Positions 40,598 through 53,620 of a DNA stretch of 64,000 nucleotides are shown here, one piece after another; the first letter of the stretch is position 1; every line of letters starts with the position of its first letter. The translations under genes and the position numbers were made by a program. The notes under the pieces are model-generated. The model searched no databases, was not told the origin of the DNA, and saw only the letters and a program-made list of their open reading frames with translations. This stretch comes from Octopus sinensis (Eukaryota): the NCBI RefSeq assembly GCF_006345805.1, contig NC_043003.1, positions 35,030,001-35,094,000 on the forward strand. Direction: 5' to 3'.

Positions 40598-41670
40598 AGC
40601 TTTATATGCAGAAAAATAACAATATAATCGACTTTATACGAACAAGTTAAAATGCTTTTTTAGCCAGGCATAAATGTTATATTTTAGTGAAAAGCACGGA
40701 CAACTAAAACAAGCCATAGTTAAAAATGAACTCTGTTATGGTATTTGTCCTAAACTCGACTGCGACTGACAACCCTTGTTCTTAATATGACAAAGGTATT
40801 TCTTTGAAATTACATTGTGTTGGACTAATTAACGAGGAAAACTATAATCAAAGTCGTTCATTTAGTGACAAATTATATCTAGAACTATGTAGGTATTACA
40901 CTAATTCTGTTCCTTATTAACTCGGCAAGGAAAAAATTGAAGAAGATATTTGTCTTTTGTTTCAGTAGATATAACAAAGTACGTAAAGAACCTAGCAATG
41001 GCTCAATAGTTTTGATGTTATTGCTGCTGGTGTTAGTGGTAAGAGTGAAGATGATCTAAAATGATGGCGGTGATTACGATGATGAAGCAGCCAAAAGACA
41101 AAATGAAATAATGTATTATATTTCTATTTTCGGTATTTGTCTTAGGAATGTATGCGAAGAATAAGAAAAAATAAAGATATATGTAGGTAAGAAGAATACA
41201 AAGGAAATTCAAAGAAATAATGAGAAATATCTATTAGAATATGTACGATACTTTTTACGTAGATATCCTTTGGACAGTACATCTATACATGTCGATATAT
41301 TATGTATAAAAAGAATTAGCTTAAAAACTAATAGTAATATACATAGCATAAAACAAGGATGAGTAAGATATTAAAAGCATGGCAAAAAATTGACCGGAAG
41401 TAAAATGTACGTACACGGAAAGAAAAAGTAGAAAGAGATAAAATGTATTATAAAAAAAAAAAGCGTACGAACCAAATTAAGAAAAGAGGAAAAAATATAT
41501 TACTAGAGAATACAGAATAGTGTAAGTGGAAAGTAAATGTTGCTACAAGGTCTGGCATTAGTTTAGTTTGTCGACTTAAGCTCACTCGATTTAACAAAGG
41601 AATTATGAGCGGCGGAAGTCAAAGAAGGCCACGCATCGACTTGCAGGTTGTGTAATTTCGTGGCACTCAC

Positions 41671-41685
41671 GCAAGCCCCCAGTGT
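41671..41685 (-). CDS. Candidate 15-nt microexon ACACTGGGGGCTTGC
   Basis: Acceptor (T)10ATTATTGCAG and consensus donor GTGAGT; frame-preserving; all three frames open; sits in a GC-rich island. Confidence 0.3.
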
Positions 41686-42305
41686 CTGCAATAATAAAAA
41701 AAAATGCGGGAAAATAGAATAGAAATAATATACAAGCAAAAATTGTGCCTAGGATAACTCTGCTTAGTCCATTAATTGTGAACAAGGGAAATGGACGACG
41801 TTTATTTTGTAAGCGATATACATTTTTCGATAGATCAATCCTGTATTCTATAGTAGAAAAAGAAAGCTTGCACAAACTTCTCACAATGTAAATGTTACAA
41901 TTGGCTTGAAGCGTAAGGAAAGGAATTCCCGCATATCAAACACATCCAATAAATATTATAGGACAACAACGCATCTTTACAGATTACATACATATCCTTT
42001 ACATATGCGAACTAGCATTTTATATGTGTTCTTTTTCTCTCTCTCTCTTTCTCTTTCTCTGTATCTCTCTTTCACAAATACACAAATCATTCTATACTGA
42101 TATGAATATAACCAGGAAAAATGATTTTTCATAAAGCTTACATAATCATACATACACACAAAATCATGAATTGTAAAAGTGGAATATATGTAGTCAGTGA
42201 GTTTGAAATGATAGTAAATAAAAATTTACTCTGAGTTTATTAATATTCATTTACTATTTATTTTTCATTTGTATTGTGCGTTCAGACATTACAATAAATA
42301 ATATC

Positions 42306-42344
<39 letters not shown>

Positions 42345-43099
42345 TGATGTCTATATACACACAGAGACACACACACACACACACACACACACGAATATAT
42401 ACATATATGCCTACATATACACACACATACACACACCTGCTTGCAAACATTCTTGTATAAACAATATATTTCTAAAATTGTGTGTATTCATACATATCAA
42501 CGAATATATGAATATAAATGAAACATTCCTATAAAAATTTCTGCCTACATAATGCAGATAAAATAGTCCTAAGATGGTTGTATGGGACAGGAAACAATCC
42601 TACATACCATTCAGGTACCAACAACCCATCGATGTGAAATATTGACTCATCTTTGGAAAATGCCATAAACACAGACAGACAGTCACACAAACACACACTC
42701 TCTCTGAAACACACACGCTCACAAATGCACACACGTTTATCGTATATAATCATTTAGACGCACATATACATCCCGCCCATACACACATACACACCCGCAG
42801 GTGTTTGAGGGGTTGGATTCAATCAGTAAGTCCTGAATACCTCTCTCAGAATGGAGTCAACGTTGCGTTCATGAACAACGTCTTTTATTTCATGTTGTCA
42901 CAATGAACTTAGCTAAAAAAAAAAACGGTAGCAGTGATAGCTTGTGAGAAATGTTAACCAGCTCAAGGTGCAGTTTTCTTACTCCGAGTCACATGAACAC
43001 CATAGAAACGGAGATAAGATCTGGCATTATGTGTCTTTAGCCGCGTGACCCCACCAGCATACACACACAAATACTCATGCATGAATATATGTATATATG

Positions 43100-43345
43100 T
43101 GCGTATATATATATATGTATAGCTCTCCTATGTGATCCCTCTGTCTAGCATTCGCCGTGATAGATCGCTAGCCACTACACATTCTTTATTTTCTCTCCTT
43201 GTTTGTTTCTGTGTTCCTTTCAGTGGAAGAGCGTAGGCTCGAAATGTTAAAGACTTTTTCAATTCCCGAGTGTTAAGCTAATACATCAGTTTGTGTCTAC
43301 ACGACCTGTCTTCGTCTTTTTTTTTGTGTGTGAATTCTCCATACA
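43100..43345 (+). mobile_element. Penelope-like pLTR fragment with mutated hammerhead
   Basis: CTTT CAGTGGA A GAGC-GTAG-GCTC GAAA TG TT AAAG at 43217-43252; downstream sequence resembles 38835-38900 (-). Confidence 0.6.
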
Positions 43346-43360
43346 CACACACACACACAC

Positions 43361-43411
<51 letters not shown>

Positions 43412-44901
43412 ATTTAGAGAAAAAGAAGTGTAGATTCAAGTATTTCATTGTGTTCTTTCAAATCTACCTACATCTGCAACCCTTAGCATTCACCATACGA
43501 TGTGTGTGCATCGTCAAAATGAGAATTTTTAAGAAGAAGTCTATGGAAGTAAACATTTTAAAAGAAGTATAAATTCATAAAAATTATAGAAAATCAAAAA
43601 GTAAAATTAAAACTTTAAAATCATTAGGCGGCATCATCGCGGAACTGAATGTGTCATAAGATGACAATATGGAGTGGACACATGAGAGTATACATAACAC
43701 ATAACCACACAGCTCTTATGCCAGACGTTTCCATACGCACGCGTACACACTTACTCTTCACTTCCTTTATGTTTCACCACCCTCTTGCATGTATATGTAA
43801 CTGATTTCTATTTCTAATATTTTCTGAGATACATATTTATAATAGATATACATTTTCATTTTTTCACTCGTTACATTGATCTATCTTGGATGATAAAATT
43901 TGTCAAGTTCGCACCCCTACATAACGGAAGACTTATTCATCGAAGCATCATTGATATCACTCCAATCAAAATAAACCTTTTAGCATACCAGCTGAACGTG
44001 TAAGCTGGTTTGGATCGGAAGTGATTAAATCAAATTTCATGAATTCCATTTCCATAGATATTCACTAACCAGGCCACATCACTTCTTCTTTAATCCCATC
44101 TAATCATCACACTCTGAGCTCCTCATCCATATTTGTAAATTGGGCGGACTGCCAGCTGTAAAGATCTTAGTTTCCATAATTTCTTGGATGCAATTTATTA
44201 ATGAATCAGTATTTTACGTTGTATATATGTTTTTTTAATAAATTTTGCTAGTCAGAAATGTGTGAAGGCTTCAATTTATTAATTTGACGTTTTAATGGTT
44301 GCCACTGTTAAAATCTGATGATCTGTATAGACAGTGAGTTAATCATCTACAAACACTGAGCCACCATCTTCCATCTAAATCTTCAACGAGTTCATAAGAA
44401 AGGTCAAATTTTTGATAGACGTGCGACGAAAGATTTCACGCTCTTCATCCAACCAAGCTTACCGAATTATCTTTGGGTTTTCTGTTTTACTTTATAGATA
44501 AATATAAATGACGCTGTCTGACTGTTTAACACACGCACTTCTAAAATATCAAATACAGTACAGCACTCATAAATAAAAGCAACTCCATCTGAACATATCA
44601 CCTTCATCCGTTTCACTGGACAAATTTTCAGAGTTTCTTTACGATATTTATTTTTCCCAGTTGAGTTACATTGTACATGAATGGACGAATAGAAACTATG
44701 TTAATAACGAGATCAATGAATTTTGTAGTAGAGTGGTTACCGTCAAACGTTGTTGAACATATCGTTCAGTTATGCCATTGAGAAGACAATGCATACATAC
44801 ATACATACATACATACAAAAATACATACATACATACATACGTATATACATACGTATATACATACATACATACATACATGCATACATACATACATACATAC
44901 A

Positions 44902-44935
<34 letters not shown>

Positions 44936-45543
44936 CATACATACATATGAATGAATGAGTGTATATGTCACAGAAATAAGCGAGCCGTCATAGAGCCGCT
45001 TGAAATATGGTTTAATTTTCAGATATGGAGATCTAATCACGTTTAGTTAACTAGTCCGATGAAAAAATAAAAAATAAAACAAAAACAATATTATTACAAG
45101 ACAAGTTGCACGTGTGGAACAAATAACCTCTTGCAAAATAAACATGCAGAAAAATACAAAGCTATTGACGTCAATACTATCATACTGACACATCCAGACA
45201 CTCGAGTTACGTTTTATATCGCTCATATGCGTACACGTAGACACATATACACGGATGTACATAAACATTTACTCTACACTTACACGCCTATGAATGGGAT
45301 GATATCAATATATTAAGAGCAACGCAAACAAATAAAAGATAGAGAAGAAGTGTGAATCGCCAGAAACGTTATAACAGTACAGAACTCAGTTGAATTATAT
45401 AAATTGTTTTGTCACAGTCCCAATTGAAATTCCTAAATGTTAATAAAGTAAGTTCCAACATTATACTGAATTGTTTCGCCTAAAAACTATCCTTAAAAAA
45501 TTTGCAAAATATTCTATTTTTGTCTGGCTTCCTCAGAATTGTA

Positions 45544-45946
45544 TCTCTCTCTTTTACTTGTTTCAGTCATTTGACTGCGGCCACGCTGGAGCACCGCCTT
45601 TAGTCGAGCAAATCGAACCCGGGACTTATTCTTTGTAAGCCCAGTACTTATTCTATCGGTCTGTTTTGCCGAACTGCTAAGTGACGGGGACATAAACACA
45701 TCAGCATCGGTTGTCAAGCAATGCTAGGGTGAAAAACACAGACACACAAACATATACACATACATACATATATATATTCATATATAAGACAGGCTTCTTT
45801 CAGTTTCCGTCTACCAAATCCACTCACAAGGCATTGGTCGGCCCGGGGCTATAGCAGAAGACACTTGCCCAAGATGCCACGCAGTGGGACTGACCCCGGA
45901 ACCATGTGGTTGGTAACCAAGCTACTTACCACACAGCCACTCATGC
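45544..45946 (-). mobile_element. tRNA-derived SINE, family B
   Basis: Colinear with 10933-11312; reverse complement of 46164-46620. Confidence 0.9.
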
Positions 45947-46163
45947 TATATCTTCGGAGCTGTATAATTATGCGCTGCATTCAATCAAGAGCTACTTACT
46001 TACGTCTCTAACTTTCTTACTCAAGCAGAACTAGCGCGTAGCTAACCTCCATTCTATTTCCTCAGAACGTTGGCTCTCTTGTAGTTCCTTCAGAGAGCAC
46101 ACATATTTGTTGCTGCCATAGATTGGCACTGGTTCAGTGAACTATTTACAGTATCAGTATATA

Positions 46164-46348
46164 GGCGTAGGAGTGGCTATGTGGTAAGTAGCTTGCTTAC
46201 GAACCACTTGGTTCCGGGTTCAGTCCTACTGTATGGCACCTTGGGCAAGTGTCTTCTACTATAGCCTCGTGCCTACCAAGCCTTGTGAGTGGATTTGGTA
46301 GACGGAAACTGAAAGAAGCCCGTCGTATATATGTATATATATATATAT

Positions 46349-46383
<35 letters not shown>

Positions 46384-46620
46384 ACGTGTGTGTATATGTT
46401 TGTGTGTCTGTGTTTGTCCCCTCCCTCCCAACATCGCTTGACAACCGATGCTGGTGTGTTTACGTCCCCGTAACTTAGCGGTTCGGCAAAAGAGACGGAT
46501 AGAATAAATACTAGGCTTACAAAGAATAAGACCTGGGGTCGATTTGCTCGACTAAAGGTGGTGCTCCAGCATGGCCACAGTCAGATGATTGAAACGAGTA
46601 AAAGAGAGTAAAAGAGAGTA
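46164..46620 (+). mobile_element. tRNA-derived SINE, family B, full length
   Basis: A-box-like TGGCTATGTGG, B-box-like GGTTCAGTCC, internal TA/TG microsatellite, repeated AAAGAGAGTA tail. Confidence 0.9.
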
Positions 46621-46722
46621 TCAGTCACGTAGAGTTCGGAGGGTCTGCAAAGAGCATGTCTTAGTTTCTTTTTGCAGCACATGGAAGCGAAATAATATGT
46701 GGGTATGTTTGCCTAAATATTG

Positions 46723-46761
<39 letters not shown>

Positions 46762-46899
46762 GTGGGAATGTCTTGCCCAGTATTCTGGAACTCGGTACTA
46801 ATTGTTCTACCACCAACTCCCCCTCAAGGACAATTAAACAGATGAACAAGAGAAAGCAATATCTTTGAATATATCATTGACAAGTATCACTATCATATT

Positions 46900-47330
46900 A
46901 ATCACATGAATAAAGGCAATTGCTTCATAGACAAACACGATAGCCTTCTGTCTTTCAGCTCCTTTATTGAAATAATCACAGTCATGCTTCATAGAATAAG
47001 AATTGCAAAAGATAGGAGTTTTGATATTCGTGTTATTATCGTGGAAATTTCCATAGCACTTGGCTAGCTATGGTACAGATCATTACTTCAATAAACACAC
47101 AAAATATAACATATTTGGCAAGGCGTTTTACTCCATCAAATCAATCCTAATGGGAGAAACTCTGAAAGTTGCTGTCAGCAGTCATTCCTCTGATATTCAT
47201 GTTATCAATGTAGGCTTGCCAAAAGGAACATTCCTCAAAGCTGCGCTTTTTCTGTTTATTAATAAGTAATACGTAGCAGATCTACGTTACTGATATTTTT
47301 GATGATGATACTTAACATTCCAGTACCAAC
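46900..47330 (+). mobile_element. Decayed CR1/L2-like LINE reverse-transcriptase fragment
   Basis: DIRVIIVEISIAL, KYNIFGKAFYSIKSILMGETLKVAVSSHSSDIHVINVGLPKGTFLKAALFLFINK and DIFDDDT follow the RT motifs LDISKAFD, IKSFL, GVPQGSxLGPxLFLIFINDL and YADD. Confidence 0.75.
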
Positions 47331-48310
47331 CCGAAGAACGGTTTACACTTGAGCCTAATGGTAGGTATCTTATCTGGCCCGATTTTCATCGTGCAATAGA
47401 ACAAATTGACATGTTACATATAAGGCTTTGAAGAACAACCTAGTGCTTTTCCACCACTACCGCTAACTTCCTAAAGTTATTTTAATGAACAGGAGTGGTT
47501 TTCAGTCGTCTACTTTATCTGAATAAAGACTTGGGACTTGACTTCACACATGATTTGAGAGGAGTTTCAAATTCTGCCCACTGGGTGGTAAGTAGGACGA
47601 TAAATTTGTTAAACCATTGAAATAAATTCGTAACGCCTGGCGATTTTGCGTATTTATGCAAGTGGCACTTCCGCTCGAAACTGAAAGTAATTCTCGGGAA
47701 TTTGAATGAGTTCTTCCAAATAAAAACTGTCCACTCTCGAGGAGTCTAGAATCAGATCTTTAGTAACAATGAGGATGAGCTTTTCCAGTCATTCTAACAG
47801 CAGTGTCTTCACTGGGATGTTGAATGTATAGTACATTTTTATTTTAAATTCTAAGCAAGCTGTTCAGAAAAGCTTCATTGCTTTGACTCACACGTTCGGG
47901 AATTTACCATCAGAAGTTAATTTGCCAGATTCAACAAATAGCATCGCTACATCCAGGGTAACCCACAGGTACATTGCAAGTCCACACGCTGCACATTTTA
48001 CCTGAATTTTGGAATAAATGACCTCCGCAATCATATTTTTTTTTTCAGCATATGAGCTTGTTCGCTTATTTTAAGGGTTAACCATAACTTTATCTAATGT
48101 TGCGGGGTTCCATTTTTTGTAAATTATTGATTCCTTTATTACCATTTCACTATATTTTGTTCTATTAGTTTCTTTATTCTTTCCTCGGTTACCTTATTTT
48201 ATTGCCGTCAGTCCTTTTATCTCTTCGTTATTATCACCTCATCGTATTTCATTTAAATATCTTATCGGTTATTTTATTACCTCTTTTTTCTTCACTATCT
48301 TATTAAATAT

Positions 48311-48389
<79 letters not shown>

Positions 48390-48549
48390 TTACAATAACA
48401 TATAGCTCTCTACAGCATTAGTTCTATCACATTCTCTTTAACTTTTAACTATCAATTACACGTGGGGCTCGCTTCGGGTCATTTCGAGGAAAGTAAAAGT
48501 TACTATGCATAATCTAATGGCAATTAGATGGTATATAGCTAAAGGGCTT

Positions 48550-48620
<71 letters not shown>

Positions 48621-48629
48621 TACTACTAC

Positions 48630-48712
<83 letters not shown>

Positions 48713-48721
48713 TTATTATCA

Positions 48722-48785
<64 letters not shown>

Positions 48786-48800
48786 CATTATTATTATTAT
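48550..48800. repeat. (TAT)n-(TAC)n-(TAT)n compound microsatellite
   Basis: Directly visible. Confidence 0.95.
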
Positions 48801-49149
48801 TAATGCAGTTCCTGTTTTATTTTTGTCCAAAGGATTTTCATACCTAGTCATAATGGTATTTTGTTAGTTGTTAAGTTCGGACGCTCATTAAGAGATAATG
48901 CTCAATAATTAATTTGAAATTAAATAATTCTTGACTTGTATAACATCATAAGATCTTTTTATTTCAGACTTTTCCGCCAGTACCTCTTTTAATCAAAACA
49001 TTACACATGGTCTCCAGATCGTACCCCAGCAGTATAATATATACTATATTTTGTCTAAATGAAGTTGAATCGCTATTAGATATGATTCTACTGCACATCA
49101 ATGTTTGTTTGAGGTTATTTCTATTTGTTATATTATATATATATATATG

Positions 49150-49215
49150 TTATAATTTAGAGTATCAAAAATATAGCACCATGCTAGAGATAGCAGTCAA
49201 AACCTGACTCTAAAA
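49150..49215 (+). mobile_element. Partial second copy of the MITE arm
   Basis: TGCTAGAGATAGCAGTCAAAACCTGACTCTAAAA matches about 49690-49722. Confidence 0.7.
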
Positions 49216-49335
49216 GACAAATAAAATAGCAAAAAATTATTGGCTAATCTCAGATCTAGATTTCTGGCTCGGCATAGGAATATACACTGCCTCTTCAGTG
49301 TGATATACATAGCTAGTACATAGTTACACACACAC

Positions 49336-49391
<56 letters not shown>

Positions 49392-49588
49392 CAACACATG
49401 CGAATACTTACATATACGCATGTGTACACACACACACATATATATATATATATACGACCGATACATATATATGTACAACCACATAAACGACCCGTTTAAT
49501 TGTCCGTCTAAGCTCCACGTGCTCTATGATCAAAATACCACCGCAGTGAATATAATGACGAAGCAAATATACAAATAAGATCCTTATT

Positions 49589-49936
49589 TACAATACTGAT
49601 CATATCAAGGGGCTAGCATGGAAAGAAAATCCTTATCGGTAATAATTATTATTAAAATTATAATTACGAGTATCTAAAAGATACTACTGTGCTAGAGATA
49701 GCTGTCAAAACTTGACTCTAAAACCACAACAATTATTCATACAGCACTAGTTTATTTGTCTCGTGTCGTTTCTCCTGGTGCTGTATGAATACTTGAGGTG
49801 GTTTTAGAGTCAAGTTTTGACTGCTATCTTTAGCATGATAGTATCTTTTAGATACCCTTAATTATAATTTGAATAATAATTATTACCTACAAGGTTTTTA
49901 TTCCGATGCTAGCCTCGTGATATGATCGGTATTGTA
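49589..49936. mobile_element. Fold-back MITE with about 160-bp inverted arms and TA flanks
   Basis: TA-CAATACTGATCATATCA ... TGATATGATCGGTATTG-TA; arms complementary up to ATTCATACAGCACTAG / CTGGTGCTGTATGAAT; loop about 24 nt. Confidence 0.85.
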
Positions 49937-50011
49937 CTTAAGAATCTCACCCTTATATATATACATATGTGTGGGTGTAAGTGTGTGTGTGTATGTATAT
50001 ACGTATGTATA

Positions 50012-50075
<64 letters not shown>

Positions 50076-50708
50076 TATATATACATATATATATATACAG
50101 AGGAAGTGAGAAAGAGATGAGTGTACGCTTGAGTACATAACCACGCACAAGCGTATATATGTATGTATGTATATATATATGTATGTATGTATGTATGTAT
50201 ATATTTATATATATATATATATATAATGTGTGTGTGTGTGTGTGTGTGTGTGTGCCTCTGTGTGTGTGTGTGAATGTGTGTGTGTGTGTATAGTCAATCT
50301 AATCAATTGTCTAAAAGTAAGAATCTTGATTCGAGTAAATATTTTAGAAAGGTCGAGGCCTCCATGACAGACAAAGCATAAGATCCAATTCCGGTCACAC
50401 AATATAGGAAAATGGCAAGGAAAAGAAAACTTAAGCCTATGAATACGTAAAAGTTGTCAATAAAATTCCTCTGGAACTAAAATTTCGATTGCTTCCAAAT
50501 GGAATGAGTACGAAATTCTTCCTTGGCTTGCCGCATCCAACAATCCGCCATCACCGCTTTTACTTTGCTAGCTCTCAATTTTCCCAATCTTTTACACTCG
50601 CGCACACACACGCATATATGATGATTTACCTGTACATATACACACATTAACGATCACAATTATGTGTGCGTGTGTGTGTGTGTGCGCGCGAGTTTGTGTG
50701 TATGTAAA

Positions 50709-50794
<86 letters not shown>

Positions 50795-52289
50795 GAATGT
50801 ATACACATACAAACAACTAACGATATGTACCCCTCTACGTTTATGTGGTTGTACACATACACACACACATATATCTCTTTATGTGTAAGTGTGTATATGA
50901 CATTTCATGACAACAAATCGATTCTGTCTTTTTTCCTCTTCTTCTTTCTCTCTTCCCTTACTAAGACAAACAATCAGTTGTTATCGATGGACAAAACGCT
51001 GAAAAGGTTGCCATACTGTAATTTAGCAGAACTAATTTTCTAAAATGGTACATTCTTTTTGAAGTCGGAAGTAAGTAAGAGAATATTGATTTAAAGAAAT
51101 GGCATGGCGACGTTGGTGACGAAGGAAGCAGTTGTTGATTTTGTTGTTTTTAGCTTTTTATAAATTTTTGTTGCGACTTATGCTTATTCTATTATGTGTT
51201 ACTGTTTAGTCGTAGATGTCGGTTCTGGCTCTGAAAGTGGCAGTAATGACGTTACTCATGGTATCGCAGATGGTGCAGATGGATGTAGTTCTTTTTGCAG
51301 TAGTATGGCTATGGTGATGTCGATGATGTTGGTATGGATGTCGTGGTTGGTTTATGCTTTTGGAGTAAGTAACTGTGATCATGATGCTCGTAGTTAGTGG
51401 CTGTAGTGGTGGTTTAGTAATAGCAATGATGATCATGGTTATTTTAAAAGCGCTAGTGGTAATGATGTATCTCTCATGCCGATGATGATAATGATTGTTT
51501 TAGAATATAAAGAAAATTCAAATGATTTAAACAAACACCAAAAAATATATATCTATTGATTTTTGCTTGAGAACAAGTGATTTATCGATTATTTGCTGGT
51601 TTCTGAGACGCAGTAGAACAGTGGTTATCGTTCATGTCTGGCTAGATTTAATTTTTATGCGAAATAGAGCATAAGGAAATTAGAGTTAAATATTGCTGCG
51701 GTTAAAATGGCATTCTTTGCCGTTATTTCATCTTATTGTAGCGTTTAGTTGCTATGTATGTATTATAATTTTGCCACTTGCTCAACGAGAAAAATCATCT
51801 CAGCGTTAAGGTATTTCATTCATAGCTTTTGTTTTCATGTTGTAATACTATCATTTTATTAATTTTTCTTTTTCTTCTACATTTTGCTTTATATATCTTG
51901 TTTGTTTTAGATCTTTTTGTAAAGCGGACACAAGAAAAAAGTGATCATATGGAAAAGACGGCAAGCTGGAAGATATCTATCTAGTTTACAAAAATAATAT
52001 TGTCATATGTCACTCTTTCTCTTTCTTCCATTTATTTATTATTCTCTCTCTCTCTTCTTCTTCTTCTTCTTCTTTCCCTCTCTCCCTCTATCACTTTTCG
52101 TTTGCATTTTTCTCTATTTCCAATATATAATATCGAGAATTAATACAAAATCAAGGAAAAAATGCAACAATTCTAACAAATGAAATATTATATTTTGCAA
52201 GTTTTGGATGCCTTTTACAAAACAGCGATTTCTTCATTACACTATTATTGTTGTTGTTATTGCTCTTGTTTTTGCTACTATTGTTGTTG

Positions 52290-52327
<38 letters not shown>

Positions 52328-52479
52328 ATAACTTGTCTTATTTTTGTGTCATTTTACTGCATTACTGAGTACCAAGTCGTGCGCCTTGTGTATGTGCAGT
52401 TCTATGTTTTGAATTAGTATTTACCTTTCTGTTTCTAATCATTCCCAAGTTCCTTATTATTATGGGATTGTTTATCTTT

Positions 52480-53620
52480 TCAGTGGCAACATTTTGGTTA
52501 TCTGTATTATTTGATCATTATACTAGATAAATCTCCATTTCTTTTAGAGAAGTAAAATATTCTCTGAGATGGCATTTCCTTTCTTGCCTGTTGGTTCTTC
52601 ACAACAATATATGATAAATTAGACTTGGTTCTCTGTAGATTGCCATATCCTGGACTTCGGTTGCCGTGTTCTCTGAGATATTTTATGCTGTAAGTTTATA
52701 CATTCTTTTCTGATGTTATTTCATAATGGTGGTGCACATTCCATAAAACGAATGTCGATGTATCATTTCAAGTCGAATATTGGACAGCTTGAGTACTAGT
52801 GGGTAGGTTTTTATCTTTTTCATCGCTTGACTCTCATTGCTCCATGCGAAAGTTTGGATACTGTACAACGATCAAGAATCTAATCTCCAGCTAGTGTGCT
52901 GCGTTTTTCCGCTAGTGTTACGATTTCCCAATATTGTGTTTAGATTTTATTTTAAAATTATTACGCATGTATGGGTTTTCTTGGCTATATTTTGTCGTAG
53001 CATTCTGTATGTCTAGTTTTAGCACATGTTTTCAATACTTTCTGAAACTTCGTTGCTCCTTTTTGTTTCCCTCCACGTTTGTCATTTCAGCCTCTGATTT
53101 GTGTCTGTTAATTCATTGAAGACAGAAATTATTTTTCTTTAATTTTGTTTCAATTTTTTTTACTAGATACTTTTGTAGTGCTACTTTTGATTTTAATAAT
53201 AGTTTTCCTGTTGCATAAGTCCAAAATACCTTCTTCTATTCGTGATAAATATAATCTTTCAATGTCATAATCATACTTACTTCCTGTCTAGTACTTCTAA
53301 ATCATCTTCCGCTCTGTTGTGAATATTGTAACTAAATATTTATTGGAATGAATAGTGTCTTGAAGCTTATTTATATTTAACTCTCTTTTACATATTTATC
53401 TGTAGGGTTAATAATGTTTTCCTAGTCTTTTTATTCATTTGTGTATATTGTACGCTACATTGTTCCTTATTCCTTAGTATTTGTAAATCTGTTTGCTGTA
53501 ATTATCATATCTCTGTTTTAACCTATTATGGCATTAGTGACCTTAATTAATTTTATTATCTCTACATTTGTCTTAGTGCAATTTACATGGAAACGCATAT
53601 CGACTTGTAAATTACTGCAC
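52480..53620 (-). mobile_element. Decayed R4/Dong-like (RLE-type) non-LTR retrotransposon 3' region
   Basis: In order: DDLEVLDRK (53305-53279), DYDIERLYLSRIEEGILGLMQ (cf. DIERLYLPRKEGGRGL), HYEITSEK, QDMAIY and SYIVVKNQQARK (cf. NRPDIVVK). Confidence 0.7.

Noticed and set aside
47910-48001. VKCAACGL as a BIR or zinc-finger exon
   Set aside because: The remaining metal ligands and flanking motifs are absent.
49801-49820. GTTTTAGAGTC resembling a type II CRISPR repeat start
   Set aside because: Lies in a MITE arm; no repeat-spacer array, no cas genes, eukaryotic DNA.
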